Origin: an uncultured Verrucomicrobiae bacterium
Lineage (GTDB): Bacteria; Verrucomicrobiota; Verrucomicrobiia; Chthoniobacterales; JAFAMB01
Assembly: GCA_963762565.1 (NCBI GenBank)
Contig: CAVXLD010000001.1
Span: forward strand, 704,001-768,000
DNA: 64,000 nt
Reading direction: 5' to 3'
A model generated the notes under the pieces. It was not told the origin of the DNA and made no database searches. It was given only the letters and a program-made list of their open reading frames with translations. A program made the translations under genes and the position numbers. Positions 50,391 to 59,879 of this stretch are shown here, one piece after another. Positions within the stretch are counted from its first letter, which is position 1; each line of letters begins with the position of its first letter.

Positions 50391-53300
50391 ACGGGTCGGT
50401 TAACTCCTCTTCGCCAGCGATACTCGATGAGATTCGACGGCCTAAACGGTCGAGTGCTAGATAGATTACCGGCGTCGTAAATAGAGTCAGGACTTGGCTC
50501 AACAGGAGACCACCGACAATAGAAATCCCTAGCGGTCGCCGAAGCTCGGATCCGGTGCCGGTTCCCAGCATCAGGGGCAACGCTCCGAATAAAGCCGCCA
50601 GCGTCGTCATCATGATTGGACGGAACCGAAGCAGACACGCTTCGTAAATTGCCTCCTGGGGCGCCTTACCATGATCGCGTTGCGCTTCTAGAGCAAAATC
50701 GACCATCATGATCGCGTTCTTCTTCACGATGCCGATTAACAATAGAATGCCGACGATTCCCATCACGTCGAGCCCGCAACCAGTGAACATCAGGGCCAGC
50801 AAAGCTCCCACCCCCGCCGAAGGCAGGGTAGACAGGATGGTAATTGGATGAATGAAGCTCTCGTAAAGAACACCTAGGATGATGTACATTGTCACGATCG
50901 CGGCGATGAGTAGAAAAATCTCGTTGTTAAGGGAAGACTCGAAGGCCGAGGTAGCCCCCCGAAAGTTTGCGATGAAGCCGTCCGGTAATTTTATCGCCTT
51001 TTGAGCCTCTCGAATTTTGCTTACGGCATCTCCTAACGACGCACCTGGTGCTAAGTTGAACGAGATAGTTGCCGCTGGGAACTGGCCTAAATGCTCAATC
51101 CGTAAGGGAGTGTGCTTCACCGAGACGGTGGAGATAGCAGATAAAGGCACCTGGCCCGCCCCGGACGTCGTGCTGGTGGAAGTAACTGAGCTAGGCACAT
51201 AAATTGAGCCAAGCGAATCCAACCCGCCTTGCAGATCAGGAGCCGCCTCAAGGATTACCCGGTACTGATTCGACTGGGTGAATATCGTGGAAGCGATTCG
51301 CTGACCGAAGGAGTCATACAACGCGTTGTCTACTGTTGCGGCAGTTACTCCAAACCGGGCGGCGCTTTTTCTATCGATAACGATATCCGCTGTCAAGCCG
51401 CTCTGTTGCAGGTCGCTGGCCAGGTCGGTAATCTCGGGAATACCTTGCAACTGGGTGATCAATTTTGGTACCCAAATGTTCAGTTGGTTTAGATCCGCAT
51501 TCTCTAGAACAAACTGATATTGGGTGGCGCTAACGGTAGTATCGGTGGTTAAATCCTGGACCGGCTGTAGGAAAAGAGTGATCCCTTCCACTCCCTGCAC
51601 TTCTTGCTCGATACGCCGGGCAATTTCTTGAGAGGTCAGGCGCCGTTCGTCATGGGGCTTTAGGCTGATCAGAAACCGCCCGTTATTTACAGTGGTGTTA
51701 GCGCCATCGACGCCCACGAACGAGGATAAGTTGACCACATCAGGATCTTTTAGAATCTCTTTTGCCAATGCGCTCTGCCGCCTGACCATGGCGGAATAAG
51801 AGGTTGACTGAGACGACTGGGTAACACCTTCGATCAATCCAGTGTCTTGGACTGGGAAAAATCCTTTCGGGACGACAATGTAAAGCCAGACGGTAAGCCC
51901 TAGCGTAGCGAACGCGACTACGAGTGTCAGACCCTGGTGACGCAGGACCAAGGTCAACATCCGTCCATACTGCCTGATCATTGTGCCGACGGTTTGCTCA
52001 CTCAACCTTTCGAATCCTCCAGTCGGCTTGTGGTGGCGCAGCATTTTGGCGCACATCATCGGCACCAGGGTTAACGATATAACCGCCGACAAAACGATGG
52101 TTACAACGGAGGTAACCGAGAATTCGTGAAAGAGACGCCCAATCACGTCGCTCATAAAGAGCAAAGGAAAATGGACTGCGATCAAAGAGATAGTAAGCGA
52201 AACAATGGTGAAACCGATCTGTTTGGAGCCTTTGAGCGCCGCTTCCAAAGGGGTGTCCCCCATCTCGATGTATCGGCTGATGTTTTCGATCACCACAATG
52301 GCGTCATCGACGACGAACCCGGTCGCAATCGTGAAAGCCATTAGTGAGAGGTTATCGAGATTAAAATGGAGCAGATACATCACCGATAACGTCCCAACCA
52401 ACGAAAGGGGGACAGATAAGCTCGGAATGATGGTGGCGCGCAGATTGCGTAGAAACAGAAAGACCACTAGCACAACCAGCGCCACGGAAAGACAGAGCTC
52501 AAACTCGACGTCCTTCACCGAGGCCCTGATCGTGACCGTCCGGTCCGTAAGCACCGAAACCTGGACTGCGGCCGGGAGCGTCGCCTCCAGCGTCGGCAAC
52601 AGCCTCTTGATGTCGTCTACGACGCTAATCACATTCGCGCTCGGTTGGCGCTGCACTTCTAAGATAATTGCCGGCGTCGTATCGACCCAGGAACCGAGCT
52701 TGGTGTTCTCGGCTGTCTCCGCAACATCCGCGACATCCCGCATCCGCACGGGCCTCCCATTCTTGTAAGCAATGATCGAGTCCATGTACTCCTGTGGGTC
52801 ATGCAACTGATCATTCGCATTGATGGTGTACGATTGAGATGGACCGTCAAAACTCCCCTTTGGTGTGTTGACGTTTAGATTGCTGATGGTGGTGCGGAGA
52901 TCGTCAATGTTCAGGCCGTAGGCAGCCAATGCTTGCAACTTCGCTTGAATTCGTACTGAAGGCCTGTGACCGGTACTAACTTGAACTAAGCCGACCCCTG
53001 GGATTTGCGACATTTTCTGAGCGAGCCGGGTGTCGGCCATATCCGCCACCTCAGGCAGCGGCAAAGTCTTCGAGGTCAGCGCTAGAGTCAGCACCGGAGC
53101 ATCCGCGGGATTTACTTTGGCGTAGATAGGAGGAGCCGGTAAATCAGACGGAAGGAGATTGTTGGCTGCGTTGATAGCGGCCTGCACTTCTTGCTCAGCG
53201 ATATCGAGATTTAAGCTGAGACTAAACCTTAGGGTTATGATCGATGCTCCCACAGAACTCGAAGACGACATTTCCTCCAGGCTGGGCATCTGTCCTAACT

Positions 53301-53508
53301 GCCTTTCGAGTGGCGCTGTGACCGAAGTGGTCATCACCTCTGCGCTGGCGCCAGGATAAAACGTCTGAATCTGAATGGTCGGGTAGTCGACTTCCGGGAG
53401 AGCGGAAATAGGAAGGAAACTGTAAGCGACCAGTCCCGCGAGCAGGATCGCGACCATCAGCAGCGAGGTCGCAACCGGCCGGAGTATGAACAAACGGGAA
53501 GGATTCAT
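50389..53508 (-). CDS. mdtB: RND efflux permease MdtB-like
   Basis: [41 protein letters not shown]. Confidence 0.92.
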   Translation of the reverse strand: MNPSRLFILRPVATSLLMVAILLAGLVAYSFLPISALPEVDYPTIQIQTFYPGASAEVMTTSVTAPLERQLGQMPSLEEMSSSSSVGASIITLRFSLSLNLDIAEQEVQAAINAANNLLPSDLPAPPIYAKVNPADAPVLTLALTSKTLPLPEVADMADTRLAQKMSQIPGVGLVQVSTGHRPSVRIQAKLQALAAYGLNIDDLRTTISNLNVNTPKGSFDGPSQSYTINANDQLHDPQEYMDSIIAYKNGRPVRMRDVADVAETAENTKLGSWVDTTPAIILEVQRQPSANVISVVDDIKRLLPTLEATLPAAVQVSVLTDRTVTIRASVKDVEFELCLSVALVVLVVFLFLRNLRATIIPSLSVPLSLVGTLSVMYLLHFNLDNLSLMAFTIATGFVVDDAIVVIENISRYIEMGDTPLEAALKGSKQIGFTIVSLTISLIAVHFPLLFMSDVIGRLFHEFSVTSVVTIVLSAVISLTLVPMMCAKMLRHHKPTGGFERLSEQTVGTMIRQYGRMLTLVLRHQGLTLVVAFATLGLTVWLYIVVPKGFFPVQDTGLIEGVTQSSQSTSYSAMVRRQSALAKEILKDPDVVNLSSFVGVDGANTTVNNGRFLISLKPHDERRLTSQEIARRIEQEVQGVEGITLFLQPVQDLTTDTTVSATQYQFVLENADLNQLNIWVPKLITQLQGIPEITDLASDLQQSGLTADIVIDRKSAARFGVTAATVDNALYDSFGQRIASTIFTQSNQYRVILEAAPDLQGGLDSLGSIYVPSSVTSTSTTSGAGQVPLSAISTVSVKHTPLRIEHLGQFPAATISFNLAPGASLGDAVSKIREAQKAIKLPDGFIANFRGATSAFESSLNNEIFLLIAAIVTMYIILGVLYESFIHPITILSTLPSAGVGALLALMFTGCGLDVMGIVGILLLIGIVKKNAIMMVDFALEAQRDHGKAPQEAIYEACLLRFRPIMMTTLAALFGALPLMLGTGTGSELRRPLGISIVGGLLLSQVLTLFTTPVIYLALDRLGRRISSSIAGEEELTDP

Positions 53509-53525
53509 CTAGTCGGGAGTCATCC

Positions 53526-53790
53526 ACAACCGCGAATACACACGAATGGACACGAATAAAAGACTCTAACCGCGGATGAACGCAGATTGACGCAGATGAG
53601 ACATGCCGAACAGGTTCTTCATTCGAAAAACGTGGCAACACCAGGACATCTTCTCTCAACTATCGAAAGACGCTGCGGATCCTCTTTCTCAACCACCGCT
53701 AGTGTGCGGGTATTCTATCTGTGTCAATCTGCGTTCATTGTGGTTGCCGGCCTTTGTTCGCATGCATTCGCGTCAATTCGTGGTTGTTTC
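53526..53790. repeat. Two nested palindromes with 10-mer arms between mdtA and mdtB
   Basis: Outer ACAACCGCGAATACACACGAATGGACACGAAT / TTCGCATGCATTCGCGTCAATTCGTGGTTGT; inner AACCGCGGATGAACGCAGATTGACGCAGAT / ATCTGTGTCAATCTGCGTTCATTGTGGTT. Confidence 0.82.
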
Positions 53791-55125
53791 CGTTGGTCGT
53801 TTTCGTTGCTCGTTGCTGCCGCCGTTTCCGTTCCAATTCCGATGATGTTCTCTTGGTGATCCACCTGGCCGGTCCGGCGGTTGATGTGGTCTGCCTGCCG
53901 GGTCATCTAGGGGAGGCTTGCCGGGGAGTTGCACTTTCGCCCCGTCGTACAATCGGTCGACACCGTCAGTAATTACGGTTTCTCCTAACTCGAGCCCGGA
54001 TAGGATGGCGGTTCGCTGGGCATCGGCCGGTCCGGTCTTGACCACCCGAATCGAGACAGTGGAATTGGGATTCACTACATATACATAAGAGCCCGGTGCT
54101 CCTAACTGGATAGCAGCCGTCGGAACCACGATTGCATCCTTAAGTGTATCGACCAGAAGTCGCGCGTTAACGAATTGTTGAGGGAAAAGTTCCTCTTTGT
54201 CATTCGGAAACATCGCTCTCAGTTTTACCGTTCCCGTTGACGTATCTACCTGATTGTCAGTTGTGGCTAGCGTACCACTGGTGATTTCAGTTGTGTCGGA
54301 CCGGTCATACGCCGTTACCGCTAAGGTAGCGCCGCTACGAAGGCGCTTGATCACTTGCGAGATCTTATCTTCCGGGATGGTGAAGATAACTGACATCGGC
54401 TGCATTTGGGTAATAACCACAATGCCGTTAGTGTCACTGGTCTGCACATAATTACCTTCGTCGACTTGGCGGATCCCAACGAGGCCGTCAACCGGTGACT
54501 CAATGTGGCAGTAAACCAGGTTGACCTTGGCCGTATCGATTTGTGCCTGATCGACGAGAACGTTCCCTTCATCTTGCTTCACGGTGGCTTGCTGAGTGTC
54601 CACCTGCTGAAACGCGATTGAATCCTGGGCCGCAAGCTTCTGATACCGAGCCAGATCTAATTTTGCGTCCGCTAACAGCGCCTGATCTCGAACGAGTTGG
54701 CCCTGATATTGTTCAAGCTGCGCCTGGTAGATACGCGGATCGATCTGGGCCAGAAAATCACCCTTCCTAACCAGTTGTCCTTCCTTAAACGCAATCTGAG
54801 TTAGTTGCCCATTGATCTGCGTCTTCACTGTGACGGTGGCCAGCGGAGTCACTGTCCCCAGCCCTTCGAAGATGATGGGGATGTCGCCCTTTTCCGCGAC
54901 CGCGATCCCAACCGGCATCACCGAGTTCATAAAGGCGTGCCGGCCAAATTGGGCCGGCTGTTGCTGCTGACCCAGACGCGGCCGAATAACCCAGAACCAC
55001 AATGCCCCCAAGCCCAGCAAAATCAGGGCGAACACCAGAAGCCGTGCTCTAACCTTCGGTTTCCGAGGTGGCGGCGATGGCGGGGAAGGCTTTAATTGAG
55101 TTGGCTGGGTTATCTGCGTGCTCAT
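53773..55125 (-). CDS. mdtA: RND membrane-fusion protein MdtA-like
   Basis: GLGTVTPLATVTVKTQING, IDPRIYQAQL, DNQVDTSTGTVKLRA; GAGG RBS. Confidence 0.92.
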   Translation of the reverse strand: MSTQITQPTQLKPSPPSPPPRKPKVRARLLVFALILLGLGALWFWVIRPRLGQQQQPAQFGRHAFMNSVMPVGIAVAEKGDIPIIFEGLGTVTPLATVTVKTQINGQLTQIAFKEGQLVRKGDFLAQIDPRIYQAQLEQYQGQLVRDQALLADAKLDLARYQKLAAQDSIAFQQVDTQQATVKQDEGNVLVDQAQIDTAKVNLVYCHIESPVDGLVGIRQVDEGNYVQTSDTNGIVVITQMQPMSVIFTIPEDKISQVIKRLRSGATLAVTAYDRSDTTEITSGTLATTDNQVDTSTGTVKLRAMFPNDKEELFPQQFVNARLLVDTLKDAIVVPTAAIQLGAPGSYVYVVNPNSTVSIRVVKTGPADAQRTAILSGLELGETVITDGVDRLYDGAKVQLPGKPPLDDPAGRPHQPPDRPGGSPREHHRNWNGNGGSNEQRKRPTETTTN

Positions 55126-55326
55126 CCTCGTCTGGCGCTCGAATCGCGGCCGCTCAAAACCTGTTCGTTAATTGCCCATTTTACAGCAATTTCAAAGCGA
55201 TTTTCCCGAAACAAGCCTTGGAGAAACCAGTCACATCGATGACGTGAAAGCCCTCGGTAGGACACGACTTTACGATAAACGGTACGATCATAGGGATAAA
55301 AGGCCGGGAATCTGGTAGGGCGAGGC

Positions 55327-55700
55327 TCAGCTTCGCCCTAGATCCTCCGCGAGTGACGCATAGCCCTCCGCCTTCAGCTTCTCTACTTGCTTCTGGTCAG
55401 AGGACTGACGCAGAACGGCAGGACTGAGAGCGGTATTTTCGGAGCTCTTAGCGGTTATCATCGACCAACGGCCGGAAGCGACGTCGATCAACGCGGCACG
55501 CACATTGATCCGCATCCGCTGGGTTTGGTCAGGTATAAGACTCCCGGCGATTCGCCCCGATCGTTATCTCCCGGCGGTAGTCCGGAAAATCCCTGGACCC
55601 GATAGCCGAGATGGTTCAAAGCGTCAACCATAGCACCATCCGGCGCGATTGCTCCAGACTGGATCACCAGCAGTCGGAAATTGAACGGGTCTCGCAGCCC
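55327..55700 (-). pseudogene. Remnant of a hypothetical, probably lipoprotein, gene with internal deletion or frameshift
   Basis: LLVIQSGAIAPDGAM...GFSGLP in one frame joined to SLIPDQTQRMRINVRAALIDV...SSDQKQVEKLK in another; family recalled from memory, not searched. Confidence 0.5.
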
Positions 55701-55812
55701 GTTAGAAACAATACCGGCGTCACGATGACCGCGACGACTCGTAAAGAGGGCTTCTTCATCGGCAGTTAGATGTAATATTAGAAGCTCAGTCAAAGACCAA
55801 GCTCTAAAAGGG

Positions 55813-56040
55813 AGAAGTTCAGGAGTTCAAGGAGTCGCAGGAGTTCAGGAACCTGCTCGCTAACAACCTACCAGCAACCTTGGAGACAGTTGGTTTGCGG
55901 GAACCTTTTATTCTCGTAATTTTCTGTTTCGCGCAGCCTGAACTCCTGAACTCCTGAACTCCTGAACTCCTGAACTCCTGAACTCCTGAACTCCTGAACT
56001 CCTGAACTCCTGAACTCCTTGAACTCCTTGAACTCCTCCA
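55813..56040. repeat. Palindrome with AGTTCAGG/CCTGAACT 8-mer arms
   Basis: Ten perfect CCTGAACT units (55937-56016) plus two CCTTGAACT; inverse arm AGTTCAGGAGTTCAAGGAGTCGCAGGAGTTCAGG near 55816-55849. Confidence 0.9.
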
Positions 56041-56777
56041 TCAGCTCCCTGCGGCAACGATGGACTATCTGGCAATCCATCGAAACAGTCGGGATAAAAA
56101 CCGGCGAGATTTTGCTGTCCTTCGACGACGGCCCGAATCCGATTGACAACACAACTGCCCGATTACTCGACGTTTTAGGACAAGAGACGGTTCGCGCTGC
56201 TTTTTGCGTTTGTGGCAAATCCGTTCGCGAGGCGCCGGAACTTGTACGTTGGATGATGAGCGACGGGCATTTAATTGTTAACCACAGCTATTGGCACCAG
56301 CCGTTAGCGGCGCTTTCGGAAAAGGCCCTGAAGAAAGAAATCAACGATTGCGATGCCACCATAGCCGGCGCCGGGCATAACCCTTCGTTCAAAACTCAAT
56401 TTTTCCGGCCGGCTTGCGGCTGGCGCACCCCTATAATCGATCGGGTACTACCGCGGCTGGAAAAGCAGTTATTCCCAATCACCGACTTTGGGTTCGACAC
56501 AAGCATAACGCGCCATAATTACCCCGAATGGGTTGATCGAACCGTGCACGCAGCCAAGCGCGACCGAGGTGGTCTCTTCGTCTTACACGATCGCCGTCTG
56601 CGCTTTTGGGGCGAGCGTTTCTACGATCCTACAGACAAAGATAGCAGTGCCTATCGTGGGTGGGTACCGGATGCGGCGGCGCTGCTGATTAGGCGGTGTA
56701 GAGCAGAGGGATTTAGCTTCGCGGATCCGCACGGCTTTGCGGGTTCTTTGGTAGGGCGAGGCTCCCGAATGGCGTGA
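56019..56777 (+). CDS. Polysaccharide deacetylase (NodB/CE4)
   Basis: LSFDDGP, NHSYWH, FFRP, FVLHD; start uncertain, lies at the repeat edge. Confidence 0.85.
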   Translation: MNSLNSSISSLRQRWTIWQSIETVGIKTGEILLSFDDGPNPIDNTTARLLDVLGQETVRAAFCVCGKSVREAPELVRWMMSDGHLIVNHSYWHQPLAALSEKALKKEINDCDATIAGAGHNPSFKTQFFRPACGWRTPIIDRVLPRLEKQLFPITDFGFDTSITRHNYPEWVDRTVHAAKRDRGGLFVLHDRRLRFWGERFYDPTDKDSSAYRGWVPDAAALLIRRCRAEGFSFADPHGFAGSLVGRGSRMA

Positions 56778-57385
56778 ATGCTTTCGCAAAGGGACCTGAG
56801 CTTTTATCCCTTCTATCATTCGCAACGCCGGTACGCTCGCCGAGCCGGACCCTGCGTGTGAAATCGTAGTCGTCCTCGTTCTCGTCCTCGATAGTGGCGT
56901 GGCACGTCGATGCGACACGCGATTGCCCAGCGCCTGGAGGGGAGCCGCTTAGGCGCGAACCTTTCCACCCTCGCGAATTTCGTCTCAACACTAGTCCGGC
57001 CGAAACGTGCAAAAACAGGCGGCTCCCGGGAATGACCCAGCGGTTCGCAGCTTTACGGCCGGGTGTAAACGATTCGGAGCCGCAGATAAAATCATTGCAT
57101 TGGGCTAATCCCGGGAGCCGCCTGTTGCGACATTTTTTAGTCGGATTGAGCGCTGAGACAACTATCGCGGGTCCGTCTGCTACGCGCCAAAGCGGCTCCC
57201 CTCCAGGCGCTGGGCAATCGCGTGTCGCATCGACGCGCCACGCCACATCGAGGACGAGGGGCCACATAATGATTTCACACGCTGGGTCCGGCTCGGCGCA
57301 TGCATCGGTGTTGCAACCCGATAGAACCCAATAAATCGACAGTCTTCGCGAACCCGTTCAGGCCTTTCGGGAGCCTCGCCCCACC
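56750..57385. repeat. ~635-bp multi-layer nested palindrome
   Basis: Outer GGTAGGGCGAGGCTCCCGAA / TTCGGGAGCCTCGCCCCACC; ~110-bp inverted arms at 56838-56950 and 57189-57298; inner AGGCGGCTCCCGGG / CCCGGGAGCCGCCT. Confidence 0.9.
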
Positions 57386-57430
57386 AAGCTGCTAGGCCGA
57401 AAACGCTACGCGCCGATACGCCGACACGCT

Positions 57431-58777
57431 TCAGGCCGGCCGGAATTTCGCCGTGAAATGCCGCAGAAACGGTGGTGCTTCCACGATCTCAAAACCGCGC
57501 AGCTCTTTCTTTCGGGCATTCACTTCCAAAATTGCTTCCACGAGATAGTCGATATGGCTCTGAGTATAAACCCGGCGCGGAATAGCCAGGCGCAAAAGCT
57601 CTTGTTGAGCTGCTTCCGCAAACATGACTGATCCGATCTCAACCGAGCGGACCCCGGCATGCCGATAGAGCTCAACCGCCAATGCTTGCCCGGGAAAGTG
57701 GCGCCTAGGAATATGAGGCAGCATTAAACCGGCATCGATGTAGATGGCATGCCCGCCCGGAGGTTCAACAATCGGTACACCACCGTCCGCGATGTGGCGC
57801 CCGAGATATCCCGTGGACACGATGCGGTATTCCAGGTACTCCGGCTGGAGGACCTCTTCCAGACCGACAGCAATAGCATCCAGGTCACGACCAGCTAGTC
57901 CTCCATAGGTCGGGAATCCTTCGGTCAGAATCAACAGATTCATTTCTTGTTCGGCCAGCAAATCGTCGTTGTTGCAAAGGAACCCGCCGATGTTGGCAAA
58001 CGCATCTTTCTTGGCAGAAAAAGTGCAGCCATCGGCCAACGAGAACATTTCGCACGCGATTTCGCGAGGTGACTTATCAGCATAGCCAGGCTCGCGTTCT
58101 TTAATGAACCAGGCATTCTCGGCGAATCGACAAGCATCGAGATAGAATGGAATTCCATACCGCTGCGTGACTTCACGGATCCCTCTGAGATTTGCGAGCG
58201 ATACTGGCTGCCCCCCGCCCGAGTTATTCGTGACCGTCACCATGACCAGCGGAATTTTCCCCGGTCCCTCCCTCTGAATAAGAGCCTCAAGAGCCTCGAC
58301 GTCGAGATTGCCTTTGAATGGGAGCCTTGCCTGAGTATCGGCGGCTTCTCGAATTGGCAGATCGACCGCCTTTGCCCCCATGAATTCGATATTGGCGCGA
58401 GTAGTATCAAAATGGGTATTATTCGGGACCATCTGCCCCGGCTTACAAAGCGTTGAGAACAAGATGCGCTCGGCAGCGCGACCTTGGTGAGTAGGAATCA
58501 CATGGCGAAACCCGGTAAGGCCCTGTACGACCTTCTTCAGCCGGAAAAAGCTCTCGCTTCCCGCATACGACTCATCGCCCCGCATGATGGCTGCCCATTG
58601 CTCGGTCGACATCGCACTCGTGCCAGAATCAGTAAGCAAATCCAAAAGCACGTCAACGGCGCGAAGCCGGAAAAGATTATATCCAGCCTCCTGCAGTAAC
58701 ACTTCGCGTTGGGCTGGGGTGGTATAGGTGAGCGGTTCAACGCTTTTGATGCGAAAAGGTTCAATAATCGTTTTCAC
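57431..58777 (-). CDS. tnaA: Tryptophanase (beta-eliminating lyase)
   Basis: EPFRIKSVE, DLLTDSGT, THQGRAAE, SAKKD (PLP Lys); HFDTT, VEIGS and LRHFT are tryptophanase-type rather than tyrosine phenol-lyase-type. Confidence 0.88.
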   Translation of the reverse strand: MKTIIEPFRIKSVEPLTYTTPAQREVLLQEAGYNLFRLRAVDVLLDLLTDSGTSAMSTEQWAAIMRGDESYAGSESFFRLKKVVQGLTGFRHVIPTHQGRAAERILFSTLCKPGQMVPNNTHFDTTRANIEFMGAKAVDLPIREAADTQARLPFKGNLDVEALEALIQREGPGKIPLVMVTVTNNSGGGQPVSLANLRGIREVTQRYGIPFYLDACRFAENAWFIKEREPGYADKSPREIACEMFSLADGCTFSAKKDAFANIGGFLCNNDDLLAEQEMNLLILTEGFPTYGGLAGRDLDAIAVGLEEVLQPEYLEYRIVSTGYLGRHIADGGVPIVEPPGGHAIYIDAGLMLPHIPRRHFPGQALAVELYRHAGVRSVEIGSVMFAEAAQQELLRLAIPRRVYTQSHIDYLVEAILEVNARKKELRGFEIVEAPPFLRHFTAKFRPA

Positions 58778-58840
58778 GGACTAGGCTTTCCCAACAAGGG
58801 CGCAAAGATCACAGAGGTTTTGGAAAAAGGAAGGAAATTG

Positions 58841-59227
58841 TCACGACTGCCAATCGGCAAGTTTCAGTCCTATAGACTTGAAAGGAAGAAAGTCACGATT
58901 ATCCAGCGTGAGAAACGTGGCGCTACGGTTAACCGCCGTAGCTGCGATCAAACAATCGGCCAAAGAACCTCGGCGCCGTCCTGTCGAATTAAAGAACTGT
59001 GCACCGAGTTCTGCTGCGAAACTCTCTAGCGGAACAGGAGCACCTTCAATCAATTGCCAGGAGAGCTCTCGTTCCTCGCTTGATAGGGGGCCACATAAAT
59101 ACTCCGCCCAGACCAGCACACTGCAGGAAACATGCTCCCCTGAGCGAACCCTTGATAAAAGCCAGGCACGAATCCGAGACCCAGGGGAGTGAATGTCGAT
59201 AAGACAATTCGTATCCAAATGAATCAT
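58841..59227 (-). CDS. vapC: PIN-domain toxin (VapC-like)
   Basis: IHLDTNCLI, VWAEY, SLADCLIAATA, LTLDNRDF; ATGA overlap with upstream gene. Confidence 0.88.
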   Translation of the reverse strand: MIHLDTNCLIDIHSPGSRIRAWLLSRVRSGEHVSCSVLVWAEYLCGPLSSEERELSWQLIEGAPVPLESFAAELGAQFFNSTGRRRGSLADCLIAATAVNRSATFLTLDNRDFLPFKSIGLKLADWQS

Positions 59228-59514
59228 CGCCGACCGGGCCCTTGTGCTCGGCTCCAATCTTTTCGAAGCTGTCGCGCCGCAGCCAGACGGGTCCGCTTTT
59301 GCGCATCGGAAAGAAGGGGCTCCTGTGCCAGGTGCTCAAGTACGGCTACGGGCGTGCGGGCGGTTGTCTCCACCAGAGACCTCTCTTTAGCCTGTCGAAT
59401 CGCCTTGCGAACCACTTCCGATTTCGGAACGCCCCATTGTTCCGCCAGCTCTCGGATGGTGTCAGCCGTGAAGATATCGACCGTGAAGGTAAGCTTTACC
59501 ATATCAGATGCCAT
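59224..59514 (-). CDS. Ribbon-helix-helix antitoxin (VapB/CopG-like)
   Basis: VKLTFTVD...IRELAEQWGVPKSEVVRKAI; start 59514 or 59502. Confidence 0.8.
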   Translation of the reverse strand: MASDMVKLTFTVDIFTADTIRELAEQWGVPKSEVVRKAIRQAKERSLVETTARTPVAVLEHLAQEPLLSDAQKRTRLAAARQLRKDWSRAQGPGRR

Positions 59515-59546
59515 ACTCACAATATGGCATCTACCCCAGTTGTCAA
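59506..59546 (-). promoter_or_regulatory. TA promoter with palindromic operator
   Basis: TTGACA on minus strand (59541-59546); AGATGCCATA-N7-TATGGCATCT (59506-59532) overlaps the predicted -10. Confidence 0.65.
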
Positions 59547-59558
59547 ATCGCTATTCTG

Positions 59559-59801
59559 GACGCCCTCGAAGGTCCGCTGATAGCTTTGGATTTGACAGAG
59601 ATTCATCTCTGGGTTGGTGACCTGAACTGGGCGATTAACGCGCTTGAGACGCTCAGCGAGGTCCCCGGTGCATTAACCTACGGCGACTTGGTGCTGCCAG
59701 AATGGAATTCGTTGCGAAGTGATCCACGCTTTCAGAAGGTCTTGTCCGAGCTGAAACCGATCCCCATCGTGAATAGGCCGGAAGATCACAATAGCGAATA
59801 G
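59559..59801 (+). pseudogene. C-terminal remnant of a TPR-containing kinase/cyclase-type protein
   Basis: DALEGP...WVGD...AI..L...TYGDL...WNSLRSDPRFQKVL resembles the recurrent 'WDPLRxDPRF' C-terminus; no upstream part. Confidence 0.6.
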
Positions 59802-59879
59802 CAGATCGCAAATAGCAAGTCTATCCAGCGGCGACTTAGCGAGCGAGACCGCTGGATTAGAGAAACGCCATTCAGTCTT

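Noticed and set aside
53724..53906. Frameshifted alternative C-terminus of mdtA
   Set aside because: The main frame already covers the whole MFP domain; the tail is low-complexity and the alternative ORF runs into repeats.
55937..56040. CRISPR array or translated repeat
   Set aside because: Contiguous 8-mers with no spacers and no cas genes; on the + strand every frame hits TGA within 24 nt.
56713..57334. Mirror ORFs on both strands (VDATRDCPAPGGEPL)
   Set aside because: Artefact of the long inverted repeat.
57431..58777. Tyrosine phenol-lyase assignment
   Set aside because: Diagnostic segments (FDTT, VEIG, LRHFT) fit tryptophanase.
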